Assembly (NCBI RefSeq): GCF_009914755.1
Contig: NC_060931.1
DNA from: the human T2T-CHM13v2.0 reference genome, Homo sapiens
Direction: 5' to 3' (one strand)
Length of the DNA: 64,000 nt
Part shown: positions 34,805 through 46,499 of the stretch, one piece after another
How the letters are laid out: each line of letters starts with the position of its first letter
Numbering within the stretch: position 1 is the stretch's first letter
Made by a program: the position numbers and the translations under genes
Notes under the pieces: generated by a model
What the model was told of the DNA's origin: nothing
The model's input: the letters and a program-made list of their open reading frames with translations, nothing else
Databases searched by the model: none

Positions 34805-36114
34805 GGTATGCGTTGTTTTACATATGGTACTATAAATATAAGTTATATATATTTATATTTGTTTATATATGTTTCCTACTGTCTTTTTATTGATCCTGAT
34901 TTTTGAAAATTAAATGAGAGTATTGAGTCAGAATCTCCCTCTAAGGTAGCGTGTTATTTTGTTGCCCATTGTTATAGGTGAAAAACAAAGTTGAGAAAGG
35001 TGGGGAATCCACCCACGGTCACTTAGCTACTTTGAGTAGAAGCTGCTGCACTGTCCACCCGGCCACATTATCTGCAGCGGTCTGGGACAACGACCACATG
35101 CTCTTTGGAAGAGGCTTTGGTGAGGTAGACTCCATTCAATGAAGGTGAAGGAAAGCATGGAGGCTTTGAGTTGCAGTCCAGTCTTCACTGTGGCGGTTCG
35201 GCAGAATTCTGATGGCTTTAGGCTTGAAGGATCTGGCCCAGCCCCGCTTCACCTCCTTTTTGCCCCTAGATCCCAAACACACATGTGAACATGCATGTCC
35301 AGAAAGAGGCAGAATGGCCATTGCACTTTTCTCTCTGGGCTCCGCGGCAGTGTTCACAAATAACACTGAGTAAAGACCTTGAACAGGGTGGGGAAAACAA
35401 AGGACTGGAGGTGAAAATGGGAATGGGAGAGAATAATCTGGGTGTCAATAGGAAAGGTGGGGCGCTGTGAGTAGCTGATAGAGGAATGAAGTGAATGGGG
35501 AGAACTCTCTAATGCATGGAGGCTAGGACAGAGCCACCATTTGTAGTCTTGAGGGGATGTTTTGCCTGAACCCTGCTTGCTCAGGTGACCGGAGGAACTA
35601 GCAAGATAATACAGACCTCTTAATTTGCCTGGCATGAGAAGACACAATAGATACTGTCTCCAAAAGGAAGGGATTACTGAAGCAGGCATCTTCTAAGCAA
35701 TGTGAGGGTGGACTCCCCTTCACTGCAGTGGTATTCAGGATAGCTGGCTGGAATAAGAGATTTTCAAGGATTTGACTCATGCAGGACACAAGCAATAAGG
35801 ATGAGAGTTCTAACACCAAAGCTCCAGGAAGTAATTCCAAATTCTCTTGGCCTTCATGTCAGCTCGCAGGAAGTGGGAAATGTTCTAGGAATTCTGTAAA
35901 GGCTGGGACCTGCCACTCCAGGGCCCGAGGGAACCGGGAGTTCTAGACCAAACATAGCACCAAGGCTCATCATAGTTCTAGCTTCTCATAGGACAGTGTT
36001 CATGGACCGTCCCCATCTCATTTCCTCCCCCTGCCTGTATCCTTCCTTAAATGGGATGCTTAGGGTCAAATACCTTATTCTAACCCATCTGGCCAGAGCA
36101 AAGTGGGGCTGTTA

Positions 36115-36255
36115 TCAGTGGTGTGGTACAGTAGAAAGACATTAGATTAGGAATCAGAAGACCTGTGTTCTAATTCCATTTCTCTACTGGCTGGCTGCAC
36201 AATATTGGGCAAATCAGTTAACATTTGAGCCTTGGGAATAATAACATAATATCTG
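36115..36255 (+). mobile_element. MIR 5' part followed by AT-rich low complexity
   Basis: tggtacagtagaaagac...ggaatcagaagacctgtgttctaattcc...ttgggcaaatcagttaac. Confidence 0.7.
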
Positions 36256-36439
36256 TCGTATAATAATATGGTATTATCATATATAACTATATATGATTGT
36301 AACATATATATGCATATTATAATATAATATATACTATTGAGCCAGATAAGATGAGTTTATGGTACAAGTAAGAAGTAAATTGCTAGATACCTGCTAGATA
36401 TTGTGCTTGTAAATTTGTATACACATAGCAGAAGATTGT

Positions 36440-37272
36440 GTTGGTGTATTTTACGGATGCTTTCTGTAGATTCATTTTGTTCCTTTGAATGGGCCACACT
36501 TTTCTGTTTGTTTGTATGCCTTTGCTCTTTTGTTGAAAATTGGGCATTTGAAAAAACAGCTACCTCTCCAAAGCTGCAGACTAGCTCAGCGCTGCAGAGG
36601 ACTAATTAGTGGCGTGTGTTCTAAGCCTAGGATCAGGCTTGCATGCAGGCTTCACATCTTTTCAGGCCTTTCCTGGGTATGCATTTTCCCTGGGCTTGTG
36701 TGTGTGCTTTTTTCCCAGTTCCCCAGTAGACACAGTTGCTTTTAAATGTTTTAATTTTCCTAGGAGTCTCACCCCTGCTGCTTGTTGGGGCTTTAGCTGT
36801 TCTATCGTATCCCTCAATTAGTAGCCCCTGTGTGGTTTTCATGAGCCATGCCCACTGCTCCTGTGGCTTCTCCTCGTTTGAGATCCCAGCTATGCCTGTT
36901 TGGGCCATTTGAACTCTGAGTTAGATGACACAGAGACCAATCAGGCAGCTGCCAAATGGGTTAGAACATTGCAAATTAGATCTGCCCTACTCTCTCTGGT
37001 TTATAGAAGGGGACTGGGGACCTGACTGCACTTGCCCCAAATCACTGCAACGTGCTGGGGTGAGGCGGGGCAAGGGCAGGTGAAAGCACCATGAGATTTC
37101 CCACCATTTGAGTGTGGCTTTTCCTGGACTGGGCATTTGTTTGGTTGCAGTAGATATTTGACTGGTTCCAGAGTTCCTATAAAGTTATTTCAGCCAGTCT
37201 CTAGTTGTTTATTTAATGTTTCCACGGGACAATAAGGGTCTGGAAGTTCTGAGTCTGCCATTTTGCTGATAT
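36440..37272 (-). mobile_element. Old L1M 5' region
   Basis: Ends in tctgccattttgctgat, typical reverse L1M 5' terminus; tcctttgaatgggccacacttttc. Confidence 0.55.
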
Positions 37273-37805
37273 ACTGTGGTGGTTTTCTTAGCAACTATAT
37301 CATACTGCTGGCTCTGGGTCAAACTCTCATGTCTTTTTTTACATGAACTGTCAAACTAGGTCTCCATCATCCCATATATGTGAAGTTGATTTTTTTTTTT
37401 ACATAAATGTAACTTTTGTTTTCATCTTTTTATCATTTTGGTTTGGCCCTACATTCCAGCTCAATTTGTATCAAATTAGATCATTTCGTATCTGATTAAT
37501 CTCCCATATTCTCTATTCTCCCATATTCCCTATTAATCTCCCATATTCTCTATAGATTTTTGAAATCTATAAAACCAACAAGCATGTGACCTCTGCCTAT
37601 GTCATAGTCACTGTCAACAACAGGACTCAGGACTCAGCCAAGTGCAGTGTCACATGGCAAGTCTCAAGTCTCTGCAGACTTAATTTCAGGGAAAGTCCAC
37701 TACTATGTGATTACTAGTCAAATCTCTGTAGTGGAACCCCATGAGAAACTTTGATAAGTGCCCTGTAGAAATCAAGATACATTGTATCAGTGGTATTTTC
37801 TAACT

Positions 37806-38046
37806 TACAGGTCAGCAACCTTTCTCTAAAGGACCATATAGTAAATGCTTTTGGCTTTGTGGGCCATGTGGGCTCTTGTGCAACTTCTCAACCCTACCAT
37901 TGTAGCGTGAGAACAGCTATAAACAATGTGCAAATGAATGGGTACAGGATGGGTTCCAATAAAATTTTATTTACAAATTAAATAAAATTTATAAATCTGG
38001 CTGCAGGCCCGATTTGGCCTATGTGCCATAGTTTACTTGACCCCTG
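37806..38046 (+). mobile_element. MER58A hAT-Charlie MITE
   Basis: gtcagcaacc...taaaggaccatatagtaaat...ccaataaaattttatttac...gacccctg. Confidence 0.85.
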
Positions 38047-38189
38047 CCTAAATAAAAGGGAAATTAAGTTACTTTCAAGTAAATTTTATTTGCAAACCCC
38101 TTCAACACTCATCATTCACTATAGTATTTTATAAATACACAACCATTTCTTTAATAAACTGAAATTTGCTAAGATTTAAAGTCAAATGT

Positions 38190-38487
38190 GGTTGGGTGCA
38201 TTGGCTCATGTCTGTAATCCCAGCACTTTGGGAGGCTGAGGTGGGCAGATCACTTGAGGTCAGGCATTCGAGACCAGTCTGGCCAACATGGCGAAACCCT
38301 GTCTCTACTAAAAATCCAAAAAGTAGCTGAGTGTGTTGGTGTGCGCCTGTAATCCCAGCTACTCAGGAGGCTGAGGCAGGAGAATCACTTGAACCCGGTA
38401 GGCGGTGGTTGCAGTGAGCCAAGATTGTGCCACTGCACTCCAGGCTGGGTGCCAAAGCGAGACTCTGTCTCAAAAATAAATAAAAAT
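38190..38487 (+). mobile_element. AluSx/Sz-like
   Basis: Dimer; TSD taaagtcaaatRt. Confidence 0.95.
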
Positions 38488-38783
38488 AAAGTCAAATATA
38501 CTGGTTTGTAAACCTTTATTCCTATTTTTTTAAATGGCAATATTATTTGTCTCCAATGCTGTTCTCACTGTGGATGAATTATCTAAGGGTGGATACTCCA
38601 AAACTGCTTCCATAAGCAATTCCGGCACCCTGAGATGTAATTTAGCTGGTTGTGGGACTTGAACGGATTGAAAAAGGAGGCCTACTCCTCTACCGTCTGC
38701 TTTCTTTTCAACATGTTTGCTTTGCTCTTTCCTGTTTAAAAGATATCCCCATGGAGAAAAACAAAAACCAGCAAACAAGGAAG

Positions 38784-39163
<380 letters not shown>

Positions 39164-39492
39164 CTAAAACGGTCAATGTTCCCTTTGACTTTTCATTGGT
39201 TTGATTTGGCCAATAGATCCAGTCTTCATAATCTTATCCATCATTTCTGTTTCTCTCACTCTCTATAGAATCCTCTGCTTTGCTTTCTCAATCCCTGCTA
39301 CTCTGCTTTCTTACCAGTGAGAATTCTGCTTCTGCTATGGCCACCATGCCTCTACCTTTCCTCTCTATCTTCTAAACTCCTGCTTCCCAAAGTCCCTGGA
39401 GAAACTGACATCCAGATGTCTTCCTGCTTGGTGAGCAGACCAATCTTTAGAGGGCATTAAATGAAGCTTCTATAGGAAGAACTTCACTTCAC

Positions 39493-39505
39493 TGTGTGTG
39501 TGTGT

Positions 39506-39548
<43 letters not shown>
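39493..39548. repeat. (TG)n microsatellite with one interruption
   Basis: Direct inspection. Confidence 0.95.
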
Positions 39549-39549
<1 letters not shown>

Positions 39550-39748
39550 ATGTGTATGATTGTGAAAGAGTACTGTGTGGAGCATTGTTACAGAAGGCAT
39601 GACAGGTGGAAGAATCGCTAGTGAGTGCTTGCTGTAGCATCCTCTGGTCATTGGGCAACTCTATACAACCTAAGGCTTGTTCAACCATGTACATGCTATA
39701 TTCTGACCTCATCCACTATTATTCTTCCTTGAATGTCATTTCTTTCTT

Positions 39749-39836
39749 TTTTTTTTTTTTTTTTTGGCCTCAAGTGATCCACTCACTTGGCCTCCCAAAG
39801 TACTGCAATTATAGGTGTAAGCCACTGCACCTGGCC
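39749..39836 (-). mobile_element. Alu head (first ~71 nt) joined directly to poly(A), with 13-bp TSD
   Basis: T17 plus ggcctcaagtgatcc...cacctggcc between tcatttctttctt and tcatttatttctt. Confidence 0.85.
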
Positions 39837-39966
39837 TCATTTATTTCTTATAGTTTGTCATGAACGAATTCTAGAAATTGTTCTGGTGCTTATATCATGC
39901 AACACTTATTCTCTTTGTACCAAGAAACCAAGGGATTAACTATCTTTTTTTCTGAATGTTTTACAG

Positions 39967-40097
39967 CACTACCTATACAATCATTTTCACATGAAAAAGA
40001 GTCTCACCAACACAGACAACACTCGGTCCCAGTCATCAGTCGCCCAGGTTCCAACGTCAAACCCACCCTCCCTCCAATCCCTCAGGGCCGCAGGTAG
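39967..40097 (+). CDS. LRGUK: LRGUK terminal exon, coding part, (A)LPIQSFSHEKESHQHRQHSVPVISRPGSNVKPTLPPIPQGRR*
   Basis: Acceptor tttttctgaatgttttacag|; phase 1 entry; TAG at 40095-40097; same frame as ORF-track 39897..40097. Confidence 0.94.
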
Positions 40098-40285
40098 ACT
40101 AGCACTTGATGTCTGATCCTAACATGGAAAACCTGCTCTGCTGATGTCGAATTCCTTGCCTTACCTGGCCATGGGTCCAGCTGTTTCTCACTCAACCCAT
40201 TACCCACGGAAGAATGTTCTACCTGCCTTAATTCTATCAGCCAGTTTCTCTTGTGATTCTTTGGCTGGTGTCTTTTAGTTTTTTA

Positions 40286-40291
40286 ATTAAA
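40286..40291 (+). terminator. Candidate proximal polyadenylation signal ATTAAA of LRGUK
   Basis: First PAS-type hexamer after the stop, followed by U/GU-rich sequence. Confidence 0.55.
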
Positions 40292-40690
40292 AAATTGTTT
40301 CTTAAATGATTTTTAAAGATGTGAGTTTTTTTAATGTGAGTTATTCTTAGCTTTTAAAAATGTCATTTCATTTTTTTTTCTATAGCTATAAATAATTTTT
40401 TCCACCTGCTCCCTGCTCGGAAATATCAGATGGGAAAATCTCCCAAGATCTCTGCACCGTGATATGCAGAGTGGCTTTCTGATATATCCAACTGGGATTG
40501 TGCTCTTAAAATTTCAATATGTCCATTTACAACATTCCTGTATGCTCTAGAGGATTGATTTATTTTGCTCTGATTATGAAAGGATTGCAGAGTTCCATTT
40601 AACTTGTCGCCAACATGATATCGACTGCATCTCTCAAAAGGAATTAATGTAATTTTGGGGGGTTCTTGACTTACTTTAGCAACACGAAAG

Positions 40691-40696
40691 AATAAA
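40691..40696 (+). terminator. Candidate distal polyadenylation signal AATAAA
   Basis: Canonical hexamer ~600 nt after the stop with downstream ttgattcttgtattt U/GU-rich tract. Confidence 0.4.
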
Positions 40697-43347
40697 GAGC
40701 AACAGTTGATTCTTGTATTTCACCCTTCTTTGACTCTGATTAGGGACTGCTTGTGATTAGATATACTTTTAGACAACTTTCATCATCTTTGTAGTTTCAC
40801 TCCTTGTCTTAAAAAGAAAAACCTCCATTGAGCAGTTATAGACAAGGCTGGTATTCCGCTAGTATGTCCCAGTAGGCTATCCTGATTGTTAAAACTTTGA
40901 GATACATTCCTTTGTACTGGAAAATGGTCTTTTCTCTGAGTACTCTGTGCATGATGACTAGTGAAAAGAGAAGCCTCCACATAGTACTATACTCATTGTT
41001 AAATATTTTGAATATCAGAATCCTCTAATGACTTTCCTTTTTAAAATATCAAAACCCCTTTTAATAATCCTCTTCCCTGTGACAAATTTGGTTGTAACAC
41101 AATTTGCTGTTGGCTCTTGTCCTCCCCCAGTCCTGCTCTCAAACAGGAGCTGATTAAAGTTCTTTTCTTGGGGTTGGTGAGGGTGGAGCGGGGGGACCAT
41201 GAAGGAGATGACCACGTTGGGCAAGGAAATCAGAGGAGTCTTTTCTGGAGAAGTGGGGAGGAAGAGGGTATGTCTCTGTATTCCAAGAATCTTCAAGAAT
41301 AGTTTAACTTTCACAAGTATCGTCTAATCTTTAAAAAAAATTATGAAATATTTTAGGGACAATAGAAAATATAAAAATAATACTTCTGATTTAAGACAGC
41401 ATGGAGGAGCTGCACATTTCCTGGTTTTTCTCACCGAATACAGCTAAAACCCTGAACATTATAGCTCAACCTCTGAGAGGTGAAAAGAAGGCAGATGGGC
41501 TATGGATCTCAGAGCCTGAGTAACAACATGGTGGTGAATCCTCTGAGTTTGGTTTTCCTCATATATCCTAAACTGGGTGCTAGAGAAACTAAAATTCAAA
41601 GTTATTAATGGATACATCAACAAAAGCCCCAGCGAAAGCCCACTCTCTCCAGCCAAAGGACTAGGAAAGGGACAGTCTCAAAAGATAGAAAACTTTTAGA
41701 CAATAGCTGCACCATTCCAGCCAAACACCATGGATTAAACTATGCTCCCTACCCTGTCAGCAAAGGCTCTCAACCTCTTCTGGCTGTAACAAGGTTCTCC
41801 TCCTTCTCTCTGCTGGGACAGTATCAGAGAAGGTGTTGTGGACAGCCAGGACTTTAACCACTGCCCAATATTAATGAGAATGCCCTCCCACAATGTCATT
41901 GAAAGCCACTTGGGGGCCCTGGACCTATTCCTCACCTGGTAATAATGAGGAACCTCTTCTCCTTCCCACTGGAGAGTATTAGAAAAGGTCTCATGAAGAG
42001 CCAGGACTTTCACCATCAACCCACATCCCTGCAGTGTCAGTGGAGGCCATGTGAAGAGCTGTGACAAGGTGCCTCTCCCCCTCCCAGTGAGGGTGGTTCA
42101 GTTGAGGCCTAGTGGGGACCCTAAACTTCTACCCCAAAGCGTTAATGAGGCATCACTGCCCTCTTTCCCACCCTGGGTGTCAACAGAGGCCAAGTGGAGA
42201 ACTTGGGCTTCTCTCTCTATCTGCCGGTCATGAGTCAGTGCCTTTCTGCCCCACTGGTATGGTGTCAGAAACGTCCTACTGAGACAACAGATTGAAATAA
42301 GATCTGAAGTCTCATTAACACACTATCCAAACTGTCTAAGATATAATTAAACCACTCACCATATCAAGAATTAGGAAAATGTCAACTTGGATAAGAAAAG
42401 ACCATCAATATATGCCCACACCAAAATGACACAGATGTTGGAATTATTGGGTAAGGATTTTAAAGTAGCAATCATAAAAATGCTTCAACAAGCAATTAGG
42501 AACATGACTGAAACAAATGAAGAGATAGATAATTTCAGCAAAGAAAGAGAAAGCCATAGCAAAGAACAGAAGATATAAAGAAGAACCAAAAGGAAATGTT
42601 ATGACTAAACAGTACAATCACTGAAATTTTAAAACTCATTGGATGGGCACAAGAGTGAAATAGAGAGGACAGAGGAAAAAAACTTAATGAACCTTAAGAC
42701 AGAAGAATTGAAATTACCCAATCTGACCAACAGAGAGAAAATAGACTGAAAAACAATATGAGTCCCAGGGATGTGTAGGACTATGTGAAAAGATCTAATG
42801 TTTGTGTCATTGGAGTCTAGAGGAGTACAAAAAGAGTGTGAGACTGAAAAATATTTTTTTTTAAAATGACCCGAAATCTCTAAATTTGGCAAAAGCCAAA
42901 AACCTACAAATCCAAGAAGCTGAGTGAATCCTAAACAGGTTAAAGCCAAAGAAATTCACAAGACACATAATAATCACACTACTGAAAACCAAAAACAACA
43001 CAAAATCTTAAAGCAATGAGAGGGAAATTATATCTTAATTATAGAGGAAAAAACAAATGCTAGTGGACTTCTCATCAACAACCATGGAAGTGGTATATTT
43101 TGAAGTACTCAAAGGAAAGAACTGTCAACTTACAATTCTATCTATATTCAGTGGAAATGTCCTTCAGGTATGAAGGAGAAATCAAGACATTCTCAGATGA
43201 AAGAAAACAAAAATAATTTGTTGCCAACAAACCTATCCTAAAAGAAGAGTTGAAGGAAATTATTGAAACAGAATGGAAATGATAAAAGAAGGAAACCTGA
43301 AAGATCATGAAGGAAGAAAGAAAAATGGAAAGAGTAAAAATATGGAC

Positions 43348-44057
43348 TACTACGCAGCCATAAAAAGAATGAAAACCTGTCCTTTGTAACTACATGGATG
43401 TAGCTGGAGGCCATTATCCTAAGTGAAATAACTCAGAAACAAAATCAAATATCACATCTTCTCACTTATAAGTGGGAGCTAAACAATGGGTACACATGGA
43501 CATAAAGATGGCAACAATAGACACTGGGACTGCAAAAGGGTGAGGGGTGATATGGTTTGGCTGTGTCCCCACTATAATCTCATCTTGAATTGTAGCTCCC
43601 ATAATTCCCACGTGTTGTGGGAGGGACCTGGTGGGAGATAATTGAATCATGGGGCACTTTCCCCCATACTGTTCCCATGGGTAGTGAATAAGTCTCACAA
43701 GAACTGATGGTTTTATAAGGAGTTTCACCTTTTGCTTGGCTCTCATTCTGTCTTGCCTGCTGCCATGTAAGACGTGCCTTTAGCCTTCTGCCATGATTGT
43801 GAGGCCTCCCCAGCCATGTGGAGTTGTGAGTCCATTAAACCTCTTTTTCTTTGTAGATTACCCAGTCTACGGTATGTCTTTATCAGCAGCGTGAAAACGG
43901 ACTAATACAGGGGGCAAGGTTTGAAAAACTTCTTATTGGGTACCATGTTCACTATTTGGGTGACGGGTTCACTAGAAGCCCAAACCTCAGCATCATGCAA
44001 TATGCCAGTGTAACGAACCTGCACAAGTACCCCCAGAATCTAAAATTAAAAAAAAAA
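43348..44057 (+). mobile_element. L1PB-like 3' end fragment nested in L1M and split by THE1
   Basis: tactacgcagccataaaaagaatga...gaagcccaaacctcagcatcatgcaata...A tail; flanks aaaaatatg. Confidence 0.8.
43548..43909 (+). mobile_element. THE1B/C solo LTR
   Basis: tgatatggtttggctgtgtcccc...cagcagcgtgaaaacggactaataca; TSD agggg/ggggg. Confidence 0.93.
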
Positions 44058-44834
44058 TATGTTGAACTGAATAAAAATGAAAATATACCCTATCAAAATT
44101 TGTAGTATGCATCTAAAACAGTGCCGAAAGGGAAATTTATACCACTAAATGCCTACATTAGGCAAGAAAAGTCTTAAATCAGTAAGCTCCTACCTGACGA
44201 ACCAGAACAAAAGCATAATAAACACAGATCGAGCAGAAGAAAAGAATAAAGAGCAGACATTAATGAAAGTGGAAAAACAGTAGAGGAAAATCAATAAAAC
44301 AAAAAGCTGATTCCTTGAAAACATAATAAAATGGACTATTTAGTAAAAACAGATGAAGATGATATATTTTAATACAAATTACCAATAGTATAAATGAAAT
44401 AGGGGATGAAACTACAGACTCCATAAATATCAAAAAGATAATAAGGAAATACTACAAACAACTCTACATATGTAATTTGGCAATTTAGATAAAACAAACT
44501 CTTTTCTTAAAAAACACAAACTCCCATAACTCATGCTGCATGGCATAGATAATTTGAATAAGCCTATAAATATGTTAAGGAAATAGAAGAATTAGGTTGA
44601 ATTAAAGAATTTATAATTGAATTTGAAAAAGAATCTCCAAGCCCAAATGCTTTCACTGAAGAACCAATTGCTAACAGAAGTATTCACACCAATTCTATAC
44701 AATCTCTTCCAGAAAACAGAAGAGGAAGGAAAACTTCACAACTCATTTTATGAGGCCAATATTACCCTGATATCAAAATCAGACAATATAAAAAAATAAA
44801 ACTACAAACCAATATCACTTATATATGCAAAAAA

Positions 44835-44838
<4 letters not shown>

Positions 44839-44865
<27 letters not shown>

Positions 44866-45147
44866 GAGACAGAGTCTCGCTCTGTTGCCCAGGCTGGAGT
44901 GCAGTAGTGCCATCTCCAATCACTGCAAGCTCTGCCTCCTGGGTCCACGCCATTCTCCTGCCTCAGCCTCCTGAGTAGCTGGACTACAGGCGCCTGCCAC
45001 TGCACCCGGCTAATTTTTTTTGTATTTTTAGTAGAGACAGGGTTTCACCGTGTTAGCCAGGATAGTCTCCATCTCTTGACTTTGTGATCCTCCCGTCTCA
45101 GCCTCCTAAAGTACTGGGATTACAGGCATGAGCCACCACACCCGGCT
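44839..45147 (-). mobile_element. AluY-like
   Basis: gcaagctc, cacgccattctcc, ccgtgttagccaggat diagnostics; TSD gcaaaaaWtctt. Confidence 0.93.
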
Positions 45148-45467
45148 GCAAAAATTCTTAACAAAATATTAACCAAAAAAGCCCAGGACTAGACAGATTC
45201 ACAGCCAAATTCTACCAGTTGTACAAAGAGCTACTACCAATCTTACTGAAACTATTCCAAACAATCAGGAGGAGGGATTCCTTTCTTACTCAGTTCAATG
45301 AATTTTTAATTCCCTTAAGACCTCCTTGTAGATCCACGGATTATTTAGAAGTGTGTTGTTTCATTTCCAGATACTTACAGATTTTCCTGTTAACCTTTCT
45401 GTTGTTAATTTCTAGTTTGATTTCATTGTGGTCAGATCAGAGAACATACTCTATATGATTTCAATTC

Positions 45468-45767
45468 TTTTTTTTTTTTTTTTTTTGAGACAGGGTCTCT
45501 CTCTCTGTTGCCCAGGCTGGTGTGCAGTGGTGCCACCATAGCTTGCTACAGCCTTGACCTCCTAAGCTCAAGCAACCCTCCTGCCTCAGCCTCCCAACTA
45601 GCTGGGAATACAGGTGTGTGCCAGTACACCTGGCTAATTTTCTTTTTTGTAGAGATGAGGTCTCACCATGTTGTCCAGGTTGGTCTTAAACTCCTGGCCT
45701 CAAGTGATCTTCCTGCCTCAGCCTCCCAAAATGCTAGGATTACAGGTGTAAGCCACTGTGCCTAGCC
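45468..45767 (-). mobile_element. AluJ
   Basis: gctcaagcaaccctcc and tagagatgaggtctc; TSD tcaattctttt. Confidence 0.9.
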
Positions 45768-46499
45768 TCAATTCTTTTAAATTTATTGAAATTCTTTTGT
45801 GGCTCTGGATATATTCCATCTTGGTAAATATTTCTTGAGCAAATAAAATTCAGCAATACATAAAAGATGTGTGCGCTGTGACCAAGTGGGATTTAATCCA
45901 GAGATGCAAGGCTGGTGCGACAGTTGAAACCAACCAATGAAATCTATCATAATAATAGGATAAAGAGGAAAAATCAGAATATATAAATTGATGCAGAAAA
46001 AGCACTTGACAGAGTCCAATATCCATTCATAATAAAAGTCTAGGAATACAGGGGACCTTCCTCAATTTGCTGAAGAACAGCTACAAAATACCTACAGTTA
46101 AAATCATACTTAGTGGTTACAGGCTAAATGGTTTCTCTCTGAGAATAACAAGGCAAAGATGACTACTCTCATCACTCATTTAACATAGGACTAGAAGTTC
46201 AAGCCAGTGCAATAAAGCAGGAAAATGTAATAAAAAGAATACACATTACAAAGAAAGAAATCCTTATCTGCAGATAATATTATGATCTACATAGAAAATT
46301 CCAAGAAATCTAGAAAACTCTTAGAATGACTAAATATGTTCATTAAGTTCTCAGGTATCAAGATTGATACAAAAAATCAATTGTATTTCTGCATACTAGC
46401 AATGAGCCTTTGGAAACAAATTAAACTACACTCACTCAACAAAATGAAGTTTTTAGATGCAGATCTTTTAAAAAGGCACAAGACTTATATCTTACAAGT

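Noticed and set aside
40410-40497. Hammerhead ribozyme or tRNA-like gene
   Set aside because: No CUGANGA/GAAA/UH junction core on either strand; no A/B boxes or four-arm cloverleaf
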